From positions 1 to 28,769 of the forward strand of contig DASCPX010000146.1 in assembly GCA_036012755.1 (NCBI GenBank): 28,769 bases of DNA, given 5' to 3'. Origin of the DNA: Myxococcota bacterium. GTDB lineage: Bacteria > Myxococcota_A > UBA796 > CAJQPC01. Both the position numbers and the translations under genes were made by a program. The notes below the pieces were generated by a model. That model saw only the letters and a list, made by a program, of their open reading frames with translations, was not told where the DNA came from and ran no database searches. This document shows, piece after piece, positions 1 to 8,743 of this stretch (position 1 is the first letter of the stretch; every line of letters begins with the position of its first letter).

Positions 1-1
1 G

Positions 2-2449
2 GGTGACGACGAGAAGATCGGCCACCACACCCTGCAAGAGACTCGAGACAACCTCCGGGACCCGGGCGAGCGGCGCTTTGCGATCTACGCCATGCGGGAC
101 TACGCCAAGGCCGGCCGGCTCCAGCCCGCCGACTTCGACGCGGTGGCCACGATCGCGGCCTCGGCGCAGGCCGACTTCCAGACCCGGAGCGTCGCGATCC
201 TGATCCTCGGCGACGCGGGCAGCCACCTGGCTTCCTCCCACCTCCAGGTGCTGGGAGACCTCGCCGCGAAGGGCCAGCCGCCCGGCATCCGTGAGTACGG
301 TGTCGGCGCGCTGCTCTCCCTGACGGGCCTGCTCGAGGCGCCGCAAGTCGACGCCCTCTGCTCGATCGCGTGGTCGACGCAGGCCGACCGGAAGCTGCGG
401 TGGCTCGCCCTGATCTGCTTGAACAAGGCGAAGGTGGGACTCACCGTCTTCCAGCTCTCGGCGATCCGCAAGGCCGCCGGCGACGAGGAACCGGGCGAGG
501 TGCAGCGCGAAGCCAAGACCCTGTTGGAAGCACACGGCGAGATGACGACCTGGCGTACCCTCCGCCAACCGGAGACGCCGAAGGAGACCCCCAAACCGCC
601 AGCAGGTGCCACCGAGCAGGCCCAGAAGGCGATCATCGGGGACCTCGTCCGCCGCATGAAGCTCATGGTCCCGGCCGCGGAGATCGAGAGTTCCCAGCCG
701 AACTGGCACATGCGCACCCAGCACTTCTGGGCCCAGTACATGCTGCTCAGCCCCATGGTGAAGGCCCTGTCCTCGGCCCAGCTCTACGAAGCCCTGGGCA
801 CGCTGGCCACCCAGACCGGGGACACCGACCGCGCGAGCAAGCTCTTCCCGGCGGCCTATGCCGGGCACATCGACAGCATGTTCCGGGGGGGCGCGCCCCA
901 AGCCAAACCGCCCGAGGAATACGACCCCTTCGCGTCCAAGGGCGCGCAGCTGGAGGTCATCGCGGTCAGGGTTTACAGCTACATCTCCGGCCTCGACGAG
1001 ATCGGCGAGACCAACATCCAGCAGGGCTGGCTCCGCTACAAGACGCTCTGGCAACTGACCGGCCAACTGAGCAGCGAAGACCTCGAGATCCTGGTCGGGC
1101 ACCTCCGCGACTTCCTCTTCGTCAGCGCGGGTCACCCTAGGACCCGCAAGCGCGACGTCTACACGGAGCTGGGCTGCCACCTGAAGTTCGGCCGCTTTCG
1201 CGACCAGGTGATGGAGCACATCGACGAGGCGGTGCCCGTCCGCCCGATCTACGACACGGAGGAGTCCCTTCCCGCCGCGGCCAACGACCACCAGGAAGCC
1301 ACCGGCGCGGACTCGGAGGGGCTGTCCGGCGACGAGGACAAGAAGCTCACCAACCGCGAGGTGCGGCTCGAGATCAACCGCATCCGGGACGACTACATCT
1401 TCGCGTCCCGCTGCAGCTACTTCGCCTCGATCGACCTGCAGAACCGCCTCAGCCGCGAGGAGAACAGCGGCGGCATTGGCACCGAGCTCCTGAAGACCTA
1501 CTTCGCCGGCCGCCAGCCCAAGGAGCTGTGCGGCAAGGCGCGCTTAGCCGAGCTGCTGTTCAAGCAGGCGACCGACGGCTTCGTCCGAGCGGAGTCCGCG
1601 GGAGACGTCGTCGGCGCCCTGATCATCTACCAGACTGCGAACGACCAGTACAGTGGAATCAGCAAGGAATTCGGCGTCTACTTGAAGGACTTCGCCGACA
1701 CCGGCGAGGTCGTCTACGACGTCGTCAAGACCGTCCGCGACACCTCCTTCTCGGTCGCTGCGAAGGGCTTCACGGTCGTGCTCACGCCGGTGCTCGGAAC
1801 CAAGGGCGCCAAGGCCGCCGTGATGGCCGGTGAGACCTTCCTCCTGACCACCGCGAACCAGGTCGGCCGGCAGATCGCCGGCGAAGAGTTCAGCATCGGT
1901 GACGCCGTCGGGGACGTGCTCATCTTCGGGCTCAAGAGCGTCAACGACGTGGCCTTCGAGAGCGCCTTCAAGAAGACGGGTGGAGCGGGCGAGGCCGCCA
2001 TCGCGTTCATGGTCTCCCAGCTCAAGGTCGCCATCAAAGCGCTCTACGACTACGGCTCGCACCAGCAGAAGGAAGGACGGGAGTACCGCGGCACGGAAGG
2101 AATCAAGGCGGTGGTGGCCTCGGGCAAGGAGGCGACGAAGGCCGGCATCGAGGTCTTCATGCGCAAGAAGCCGATCGTTGGCGCCGCGCTGGCGGCGTTG
2201 ATCCCGAACCTGCTCCAGGAGATCGCGAACTCGGTCATCGACGACAAGGCGATGGACCTCGAGAAGCTGGTCATCAACATCTGCAAGGACTTCATCACCT
2301 CGCTGATCGGCTACGTCATCGAGAAGGGCGGCATCGACAAGAAGCGGATGGAGCTCATCAGCACCGACGGCAACAACGACTACGGGCTGACGGAGACGGG
2401 CAAGAAGCGGATCCCCGAGAGCTTCGGCAAGTTCGGCGAGAAGAGATAG
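2..2449 (+). CDS. Large hypothetical protein, 5'-truncated; HEAT-like repeats followed by a helical, Gly/Ala-rich C-terminal region
   Basis: Frame is open from base 2 (GDDEKIGHHTLQETRDNLRDPGERRFAIYAM...), so ATG 92 is probably internal. Strong GC3 codon bias. About 35-aa helical repeats beginning ERRFAIYAM / QTRSVAILIL / GIREYGVGAL / KLRWLALICL / EVQREAKTLL. TAG at 2447-2449. Confidence 0.75.
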   Translation, partial: GDDEKIGHHTLQETRDNLRDPGERRFAIYAMRDYAKAGRLQPADFDAVATIAASAQADFQTRSVAILILGDAGSHLASSHLQVLGDLAAKGQPPGIREYGVGALLSLTGLLEAPQVDALCSIAWSTQADRKLRWLALICLNKAKVGLTVFQLSAIRKAAGDEEPGEVQREAKTLLEAHGEMTTWRTLRQPETPKETPKPPAGATEQAQKAIIGDLVRRMKLMVPAAEIESSQPNWHMRTQHFWAQYMLLSPMVKALSSAQLYEALGTLATQTGDTDRASKLFPAAYAGHIDSMFRGGAPQAKPPEEYDPFASKGAQLEVIAVRVYSYISGLDEIGETNIQQGWLRYKTLWQLTGQLSSEDLEILVGHLRDFLFVSAGHPRTRKRDVYTELGCHLKFGRFRDQVMEHIDEAVPVRPIYDTEESLPAAANDHQEATGADSEGLSGDEDKKLTNREVRLEINRIRDDYIFASRCSYFASIDLQNRLSREENSGGIGTELLKTYFAGRQPKELCGKARLAELLFKQATDGFVRAESAGDVVGALIIYQTANDQYSGISKEFGVYLKDFADTGEVVYDVVKTVRDTSFSVAAKGFTVVLTPVLGTKGAKAAVMAGETFLLTTANQVGRQIAGEEFSIGDAVGDVLIFGLKSVNDVAFESAFKKTGGAGEAAIAFMVSQLKVAIKALYDYGSHQQKEGREYRGTEGIKAVVASGKEATKAGIEVFMRKKPIVGAALAALIPNLLQEIANSVIDDKAMDLEKLVINICKDFITSLIGYVIEKGGIDKKRMELISTDGNNDYGLTETGKKRIPESFGKFGEKR

Positions 2450-2533
2450 AGAGGGGCCCGAGGTTGGCGGACGCACGGGTGCGGGCCAGTAGGAGTGGAC
2501 AACGGACGGAGTGGACCCTCTTCGCTATCCCGG

Positions 2534-2574
2534 ATGTTGTGGTTTCGGTTGTTACTTCAACCACATAGCAACAT
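2534..2574. repeat. AT-richer imperfect inverted repeat between convergent genes (possible terminator or binding site)
   Basis: ATGTTG (2534-2539) pairs with CAACAT (2569-2574); TGTGGTT (2538-2544) pairs with AACCACA (2559-2565). Confidence 0.4.
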
Positions 2575-2613
2575 TGAGGGCCTTTAGCTAGTCAGGGTGA
2601 TGATCGATCCGGG

Positions 2614-3465
2614 CTAGAAGCGCCCTCGTCCCGTCCAGAGGCCGATGGTGCCGGCGTCCGCGGTGGCCTGGGTCTGGTCGAGCCAGCCGGGCTCGGGGCC
2701 GTCCCCGCAGTGGCCCACGATGATGTCGATGATGTAGACCTCCTCGCTGCCCTCTGCGGTGCCGGAGCCCCAGTGGTAGTCGACGACGTCCTCGCTCGGG
2801 TCCCCGACGACACCGCGCTTCCAGTTGTAGCCCCAGCGCTCGTCGACCAGGCGGAGCCGATCGACGACCTCGTCCATGAAGCCCCAGCCGCCCCCGTAGT
2901 CGAGGCACGAGCCCTCGAGCAGCTCCGGGTGTTCGGCGGCGACCTCGTCGACGATGTGGCTCATGTCGGGGAGGGGGAGCTTCTCCGGCTCTTCTTCTTC
3001 CTCTTCGCAGAGGATCTCCACGTCGAGTTCGACGGACTCGCCGAACCAGGCGACGTTCTCGTGCACCATCTGCCAGTCAGAGGTGACGAAGCCGGGCTCG
3101 TCAGGGGCGAGCAGATGGATCTCGAAGGAGTACTCGAAGCCCGAGGCCACGCTGGCGTCGTCCGGGAGCCAGCTCCGCGTGTCGCCGACCACCAGGGGGT
3201 CGTCGTCGCCGATGGCGCCGAGCTTGTACTCGCCGGCTCGGGTCCACGTGGCCGCGCCGACGTTCTGCACGGTGATGAGGGCCGAGCGCTCCTCGCCACA
3301 GGTCATGGTGGAGGGGAAGGAGAGGGTTCGGATGACGGCGTCGTCATCCACCAGGTCCTCGCCCCCGGTGTCGTCCTCGATCTCCTCGTCGAGGTCGTCG
3401 CGGGAGGGGTGACCCGGTCCGTCGGAGGTCCCGGGCTGGGCGCAAGCGAGCAACAGCGCGATCAC
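2614..3465 (-). CDS. Putative lipoprotein with NBR1-Ig-like (FW) domain and an uncharacterised C-terminal domain
   Basis: GTG start with AAGGA 5 nt upstream; lipobox-like LLAC; acidic linker; NBR1-Ig-like pattern TVQNVGAATW...LAPDEPG...SDWQMVHENVAWFGE. Confidence 0.7.
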   Translation of the reverse strand: MIALLLACAQPGTSDGPGHPSRDDLDEEIEDDTGGEDLVDDDAVIRTLSFPSTMTCGEERSALITVQNVGAATWTRAGEYKLGAIGDDDPLVVGDTRSWLPDDASVASGFEYSFEIHLLAPDEPGFVTSDWQMVHENVAWFGESVELDVEILCEEEEEEPEKLPLPDMSHIVDEVAAEHPELLEGSCLDYGGGWGFMDEVVDRLRLVDERWGYNWKRGVVGDPSEDVVDYHWGSGTAEGSEEVYIIDIIVGHCGDGPEPGWLDQTQATADAGTIGLWTGRGRF

Positions 3466-3542
3466 GGCTTTCCTTCGGTACCAGCAGTCAGGCTATCCGA
3501 AACCGAGGGTGCGAATTGCCAGGTCCGTGCCAAGGCGAGGCG

Positions 3543-4010
3543 CTATTTCTTGCGCTTCGCGTGGCGGGACCGGGCGTTCTTGTTCGAGCAGTTTCGCGAG
3601 CAGTACTTGCTGCGCGGCCGCGCCGGCTTTCCGCAGCCGTCCCAGGAGCACATCTCGGTGCCCTCTGGCAGGGGCTGGTCGCTGCCCCCTTCGTCCTCGT
3701 CGCCTCCGTCGGCGGTCGTGCCGTTGACCGTCGCAGAAGCAAGGGCGTCTTTCGGAGAGGACGCTGCGCGCTCGGGCTCCGTCGAGCGGGTCGGAGCCAC
3801 GTCCTCTGGGCTGAGGTTCCGGTCTCGCAGGAACTCCCCGTACTGCCGGTCGCACTCTTCCTGCACCGCCTTCTCGCCGTAGAGCACGAACCCGCAGGTG
3901 AAGCAGTGGAGCTGCACCTGGTGTGGCCCGCGGATGCCGGCGATCCGCCGGTCGCGCTCCAGTTCCAGGTTGTGCGAGAAGCACTTGGGGCAGGTCATCT
4001 TCCAGCTCAT
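3543..4010 (-). CDS. Hypothetical protein with N-terminal zinc ribbon and C-terminal CGNR-like zinc finger (155 aa)
   Basis: ATG 4010 with GGAGGA at 4026-4021 on the minus strand; CPKC...CFTC near the N-terminus; CSWDGC...KYCSRNC plus basic tail RSRHAKRKK. Confidence 0.7.
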   Translation of the reverse strand: MSWKMTCPKCFSHNLELERDRRIAGIRGPHQVQLHCFTCGFVLYGEKAVQEECDRQYGEFLRDRNLSPEDVAPTRSTEPERAASSPKDALASATVNGTTADGGDEDEGGSDQPLPEGTEMCSWDGCGKPARPRSKYCSRNCSNKNARSRHAKRKK

Positions 4011-4028
4011 CCGGGCCCCGTCCTCCAA

Positions 4029-4049
4029 GCGACAGAGATGCGCTGTCGC
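4029..4049. promoter_or_regulatory. 7-7-7 inverted repeat in divergent intergenic region
   Basis: GCGACAG-AGATGCG-CTGTCGC, just upstream of the zinc-finger gene RBS. Confidence 0.3.
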
Positions 4050-4102
4050 GTCTAACGCCAAGTGCGCTTTCCGTCACGTGTCGCGGGGCTTACAAAGTGT
4101 CG

Positions 4103-4810
4103 ATGTTCCATCCAGACGGCCCATCCCTCGTCGAGCTCGTGCAGCAGGGTCTATGTTCTCTCGAAGAGGGCTACGACCGCATCGCGCCCAAGTTCGACCT
4201 CACCCCCTTTCGCACTCCGGACGAGGTCGTGGCCGTCGTCGCAGAGGCCGTCGGTGATGTCGACGACGCCATCGACATCTGCTGCGGGACCGGCTCGGCG
4301 CTGTTCTACCTGAGACCCCACGTCAGGCGCCGGCTGGTCGGCCTGGACCTGTCCTCGGGCATGCTCGACCAGGCTCGAGCCCACCTCCGGGGAGCCGCGG
4401 GCAGCGTCGAGGCCGAGCTCGTGCAAGGGGACGTGCTCCACGCTCCGTTCTCCGAGGAGTTCGACCTCGTCACCTGCTTCGGTGCCTTCGGTCACTTCAC
4501 CAGGGACGAGGAGCCCCTGCTCGTCGCCAGCGTCAAGGAGCTCCTGCGACCCGGTGGGCGCTTCGCCTTCGTGACCCATCGAGAGCTCGGCTACGGGGAG
4601 GTGCGCACCTGGCCCTATCGCGCCTTCAACGCCGCGATGCTCTTGCGCAACGCCGTCATCGACCCGCCCTTCGTCATGTACTACCTGGGCTTCACGCTGG
4701 AGCGGAGCACAGAGCTGCTAGAGGCAGACGGCTTCACCGTCGAGGTACTCGAGGGCGCCCTGCCCGCGCCCCTCCACAACTACGTGGTGGTCATGGCGAC
4801 TCGTAGGTAG
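4103..4810 (+). CDS. Class I SAM-dependent methyltransferase (235 aa)
   Basis: Motif I IDICCGTG, GLDLSSGML, QGDV, FDLVTCFGAFGHF, LLRPGGRF. Start placed at ATG 4103 (MFHPDGPS); the upstream ORF extension looks non-coding. Confidence 0.9.
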   Translation: MFHPDGPSLVELVQQGLCSLEEGYDRIAPKFDLTPFRTPDEVVAVVAEAVGDVDDAIDICCGTGSALFYLRPHVRRRLVGLDLSSGMLDQARAHLRGAAGSVEAELVQGDVLHAPFSEEFDLVTCFGAFGHFTRDEEPLLVASVKELLRPGGRFAFVTHRELGYGEVRTWPYRAFNAAMLLRNAVIDPPFVMYYLGFTLERSTELLEADGFTVEVLEGALPAPLHNYVVVMATRR

Positions 4811-5564
4811 GGATGCTCGTGCCGTCGGGACGCACGATGTCGAAGTGTTCGCCGACGTAGTGCTCCGGTACTCCCTCGGCGAGCTCGCCGAGGTGGTCGA
4901 TCATCGAGTCGAGTCCTGCCATCGCGAAGCGCACGACGAGCTCCTCTGGGATGTTGCCGCCGATGTCGGTGCGGACCTGGTAGACGACGAGCACGCCCTC
5001 GCCGCAGCTCATCAGGATCCAGCCCCCCTGGTTGACCGGGGTCCAGAGGGCTTTTTCGGGCTCGGGGACCGTGTCCTCCGGCACGTCGGCCAGCGCCCCC
5101 GTCGCCCGCTCGTCCAGGTCCCATATGCGCTCCCAGACCACCCCCTCGGAGGCCGCGTGAAGAGGCGGGTTGTTCTGGACCACCACGACCCAGTGGCGGT
5201 CGGAGAAAGGCGCCGGTACGTCGTAGTGCTGGTAGAGGACCTTGTAGCCGGGCACCGTCCCCAGGAGCCAGACCTCCGTGAGCCCGTCGACGAGGTGGTC
5301 GTGCACGTCGTCGAGGGCGCCGACCCACACCTGCTCCATGGGGTAGGCGAGGTAGCCGACCCCCACAGCGCCATCGACCTCGTCGTCGACCTGCTGTCGC
5401 CAGCGCGCGACCTGGCCCGTGGCGACGAGGGCCCACTGGTCCTCGCTCAGCTCCGGCTGGGGCAGGGTGCCGTGGTCCTGGAGCGTCGGGAGCTGGTCCG
5501 CCCAGCACTTCTGGAGTGCCGCTGAGTCGGGGTTCGCCAGGGCGATGGAGGTGAACAGCACCAC
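4791..5564 (-). CDS. Secreted START/SRPBCC-like lipid-binding domain protein
   Basis: Short hydrophobic N-terminus ending ALA; START-like motifs VPAPFSDRHWVV, NQGGWIL, VYQVRTDIGGNIPEELV. Confidence 0.65.
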   Translation of the reverse strand: MVLFTSIALANPDSAALQKCWADQLPTLQDHGTLPQPELSEDQWALVATGQVARWRQQVDDEVDGAVGVGYLAYPMEQVWVGALDDVHDHLVDGLTEVWLLGTVPGYKVLYQHYDVPAPFSDRHWVVVVQNNPPLHAASEGVVWERIWDLDERATGALADVPEDTVPEPEKALWTPVNQGGWILMSCGEGVLVVYQVRTDIGGNIPEELVVRFAMAGLDSMIDHLGELAEGVPEHYVGEHFDIVRPDGTSIPTYESP

Positions 5565-5605
5565 GTGTGTCAGTGATATGGGGACGCTTCGGAGGTCGGC
5601 AAGTC

Positions 5606-6319
5606 GTGATCAGGAGCGAGACAACAGGAGCCGTCACGGTCATCACGCTCGACCGCGCCAGACGGAAGAACGCGGTGGACCGGGAGCACGCCGACGCCCT
5701 CGCAGAGGCCTTCCGTGCCTTCGAGGCCGATGACGACGCCCTGGTCGCTGTCCTGCACGGAGCGGGGGGCTGCTTCTGTGCGGGCGCCGACCTCCAGGCC
5801 GTGGCCGCGGGGGAGCCCAACCGCCTCGAGATCGACGGAGACGGGCCGATGGGTCCGACGCGCCTGGAGCTGTCGAAGCCCACCATCGCGGCGATCGAGG
5901 GCTACGCCGTCGCAGGCGGCCTGGAGCTGGCCCTCTGGTGTGACCTGCGGATCGCCGCCAACGACGCTGTTCTGGGGGTCTTCTGCCGCCGCTGGGGTGT
6001 GCCCCTGATCGACGGTGGGACCCTGCGTCTGCCGCGCGTCGTCGGGCTGGGGCGCGCGCTGGACCTCGTGCTGACCGGCAGGCCCGTCCACGCGGACGAG
6101 GCCCTGTCGATGGGCCTCGTCAACCGCATCGTGCAGCCCGGTGACGCCCTTTCGGCTGCGATCGAGCTCGCCGAGTCCATCGCCTCTCATCCCCAGGCCT
6201 GCATGCGGGCCGACCGCCACTCCGTGCTCCACAACAGCACCCTGTCCGAGGAGTTCGCGGGTGGTCTCGAGGTGCTCGGAGAGGCCCTCGAGGGCGCCCG
6301 GCGCTTCGCAGGCAAGTGA
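5606..6319 (+). CDS. Enoyl-CoA hydratase/isomerase (crotonase) family protein (237 aa)
   Basis: GTG 5606 with GGAGG at 5591-5595; ITLDRARRKNA, FCAGADL, KPTIAAIEGYAVAGGLELALWCDLRIA, AEALSMGLVN-type motif. Confidence 0.92.
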   Translation: MIRSETTGAVTVITLDRARRKNAVDREHADALAEAFRAFEADDDALVAVLHGAGGCFCAGADLQAVAAGEPNRLEIDGDGPMGPTRLELSKPTIAAIEGYAVAGGLELALWCDLRIAANDAVLGVFCRRWGVPLIDGGTLRLPRVVGLGRALDLVLTGRPVHADEALSMGLVNRIVQPGDALSAAIELAESIASHPQACMRADRHSVLHNSTLSEEFAGGLEVLGEALEGARRFAGK

Positions 6320-7308
6320 GCTGGGCCCACCTTCCAGGGGACTGGGCCCGCGAGCTGGACGCGACCGTCCCAGAGGCCCGCCGGCTGATGGCCTGTGTCT
6401 GGGGTGGCGGGGACGTCGCCGCCATGAAGCGCCCGGCCCGCCGGTCCGTGGCGGAGCGCCTCAGCGTGCCCTCTCTCCCGGGTGTGCTGGAGCGCATCGC
6501 CGATGACGACGGCGGGCTGCGCTACCTCTTCGCCCTCGAGGACGGGGCGGTGGTCGAGGCCGTGAGGATCCCGCTGGAGAAGCCCGGACGCTTCACCGTC
6601 TGCCTGTCGTCCCAGGTCGGCTGCGCGATGGGCTGCGCCTTCTGCGCGACGGGACAGCTGGGGCTGACGCGGAACCTCTCCGCTGCGGAGATCCTCGGGA
6701 CCTTCCGAGTCCTGCGCGAGGAGGCGCCAGGTCGCGTCACGGGCGCGGTGTTCATGGGTCAGGGCGAGCCGCTGCACAACTACGACGCCGTCATCCGAGC
6801 GGCCTCGGTCCTGTCGCATCCCTGCGGCGGGCGCCTGGCGGCGAAGTCCATCAGCATCTCGACCGTCGGGCTGGTGCCACAGATCCGGCGCTTCGTCGCA
6901 GAGGGCCATGCCTTCAGGCTCGTCGTCTCCCTGACATCCGCGGTGCAGTCGCGCCGCGAAGAGCTCCTACCGGTCGCCGGCAGGTGGAGTCTCGAGGAGC
7001 TGGCTTCCGCCCTCGGTGACCTGCACGAGGCGAGGGGACGCCGACAGACCCTGGCCTGGGTGCTGCTCGGCGGCGTGAACGATGGCCTCGACGAGGTCGA
7101 GGCGCTGCAGGCGGTCTTCGGCGATCTGCCAGTTCGCATCAACCTGATCGACGTGAACTCGCCTGAGTTCCGGCGCTCGACGGATAGTGAGCGCGACCGC
7201 TTCTTCGACTGGTTGCAGGTGTTGAACTCGCCGATCGTCCGGCGCTACTCGGTGGGGGCGGGCCAGCGCTCGGCCTGCGGGATGCTCACATCCAGTCGAT
7301 GCCGGTAG
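6316..7308 (+). CDS. RlmN/Cfr-family radical SAM methyltransferase-like protein (divergent)
   Basis: TVCLSSQVGCAMGCAFCATG (CxxxCxxC), RNLSAAEI, FMGQGEPLHN, ISTVG, GVND, C-terminal SACGML. GTGA overlap with the crotonase stop. Confidence 0.85.
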   Translation: MSWAHLPGDWARELDATVPEARRLMACVWGGGDVAAMKRPARRSVAERLSVPSLPGVLERIADDDGGLRYLFALEDGAVVEAVRIPLEKPGRFTVCLSSQVGCAMGCAFCATGQLGLTRNLSAAEILGTFRVLREEAPGRVTGAVFMGQGEPLHNYDAVIRAASVLSHPCGGRLAAKSISISTVGLVPQIRRFVAEGHAFRLVVSLTSAVQSRREELLPVAGRWSLEELASALGDLHEARGRRQTLAWVLLGGVNDGLDEVEALQAVFGDLPVRINLIDVNSPEFRRSTDSERDRFFDWLQVLNSPIVRRYSVGAGQRSACGMLTSSRCR

Positions 7309-8743
7309 CGTCCCGTCGGACCCAGCAGTTGAGCCAGCGCCCGTCGACCGGGACGCTGACGGCCAGGTAGCGATCCTCGAAGTCGGCGGGGAAGTTCGCC
7401 TCCGGCTCCAGCGCCCAGGCCTTGAGCGCGAAGACCTTGTCTTCTGGGAGGTAGATGTCGGGGCCGAGGGAGAAGACGTAGTCCGGATCCCCTTTCTCGT
7501 GGCCAGCCATGCCGCTCCCCTGGGTGAGGTTGTCCGTCCGAGCGATGTGGCGGTCGGTGAGCCCCCACATGTCGATCGTCCGGTGGCCGGCGTAGTAGGG
7601 GACCGCGCCGGCGGAGTGGATGGCGAGGAGCTTGTCGGCGGGCACGGTCTCGGCGAGGAAGTCACCCAGGTCCCGGCGGGCTTCGAGGTTGGCGTGACGG
7701 ATCCCTGCCCAGGCCCTGGCCTCTGAGTCGAGGAAGAAGGTCTGGCCGGCGAGGGCGAGCCCCGCGAGGACGAGGAGCACCTTGGACCTGGCCCAGCGCG
7801 AGATGGTCTCTCCGGCGAGCACGGCCAGCAGTGGGAGCACCGGCATGACGAAGCGCCCGGTCGGCTTGAAGTCCCCGCCGATCCAGGCGACGTAGGCCAG
7901 GAAGCCCAACGCGGTGACGGCCAGCGGCACGGTCTTGTCGCTGCGCGCGACGAGCGCACGACCGGCCACCAGCAGCCACAGCACCGGGTGGGAGAGGGCG
8001 TGGGCGGCGAGGTACTGCAGGCCCCGGGGGAGGGCGAAGCCTCCGGTCTTGGCGTAGAAGGTGTTGGGGAAGGGATCGCCGTAGTAGGCGAGCCGCCAGG
8101 CCGTCAGGCCCGCCAGCACCAGGGCCAGCGCCAGGCCTGCCTTGGACGAGCTCAGGACGCGTCGGACCCAGGAGCCACCGGCCCGCCGGCAATCCAGCAA
8201 CAGGCCGACGTGGAGCAGCAGCATCACCAACGGCGCCTCCGGCCGCGTGAGGCAGGCCAGGGCGAACAGCGCCGTGCTCGCCAGGTGAGGGCGGTCCGCG
8301 TCACGCTCGCGCAGGGCGCAGAAGACCGCCAGGGTCAAGAGCGCCATGTACAGGGCGGTCTCCAGACCCTCGACCGACTCCGCAGCCACCTGGGGATCGA
8401 GGGCGACGAGCAGGGGAGCGACCAGGGCGGCCAGCATGCGCGGCTCTCGCGAGAGCCAGGCCGTCGCGACGATGGCGAGGGCCAGAGAGAGCAGGCCGCA
8501 GGCCGTGGAGAAGACGACCGGGTCGGCGTCGAGGCCGAGCCCGGCTGCCATCAGCAGGGTCCAGGAGAGGTTCGTGTAGCCCTCGACGTAGTCCCCCGGG
8601 TTGTAGACGAGCCCGTGGCCGTTGACGAGGTTCTCCGCGTACCGGAAGCTGATGAAGGCGTCGTCCTGGGTGCAGGCGCCGTAGGACAACGCCAGCCCGA
8701 CGGCCACGGCCGCCGAGATGAACACTCCGAGGCGCCAGCTCAC
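7286..8743 (-). CDS. Polytopic membrane glycosyltransferase, GT-C fold (ArnT/PMT/arabinofuranosyltransferase-like), 485 aa
   Basis: GTG 8743 overlaps the GH15 TGA; DDAFISFRYAENLVNGHGLVYNPG.YVEGYT, GLET, LTRPE, YYGDPFPNTFYAK, GGDFKPTGRF, IDMWGLTD; many hydrophobic segments. Confidence 0.8.
   Translation of the reverse strand: MSWRLGVFISAAVAVGLALSYGACTQDDAFISFRYAENLVNGHGLVYNPGDYVEGYTNLSWTLLMAAGLGLDADPVVFSTACGLLSLALAIVATAWLSREPRMLAALVAPLLVALDPQVAAESVEGLETALYMALLTLAVFCALRERDADRPHLASTALFALACLTRPEAPLVMLLLHVGLLLDCRRAGGSWVRRVLSSSKAGLALALVLAGLTAWRLAYYGDPFPNTFYAKTGGFALPRGLQYLAAHALSHPVLWLLVAGRALVARSDKTVPLAVTALGFLAYVAWIGGDFKPTGRFVMPVLPLLAVLAGETISRWARSKVLLVLAGLALAGQTFFLDSEARAWAGIRHANLEARRDLGDFLAETVPADKLLAIHSAGAVPYYAGHRTIDMWGLTDRHIARTDNLTQGSGMAGHEKGDPDYVFSLGPDIYLPEDKVFALKAWALEPEANFPADFEDRYLAVSVPVDGRWLNCWVRRDATGIDWM

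Noticed and set aside
2536..2572. CRISPR array or integron attC site
   Set aside because: Only one copy, no spacers or cas genes; ends run GTT...AAC, the reverse of the attC arrangement, and there is no integrase.
5567..5574. GTGTCAGT resembling the TetR operator in the START/crotonase divergent gap
   Set aside because: Half-site only; the left arm is missing.
6316..7308. Calling the gene rlmN or cfr
   Set aside because: Several family motifs deviate; orthology cannot be set without a tree.
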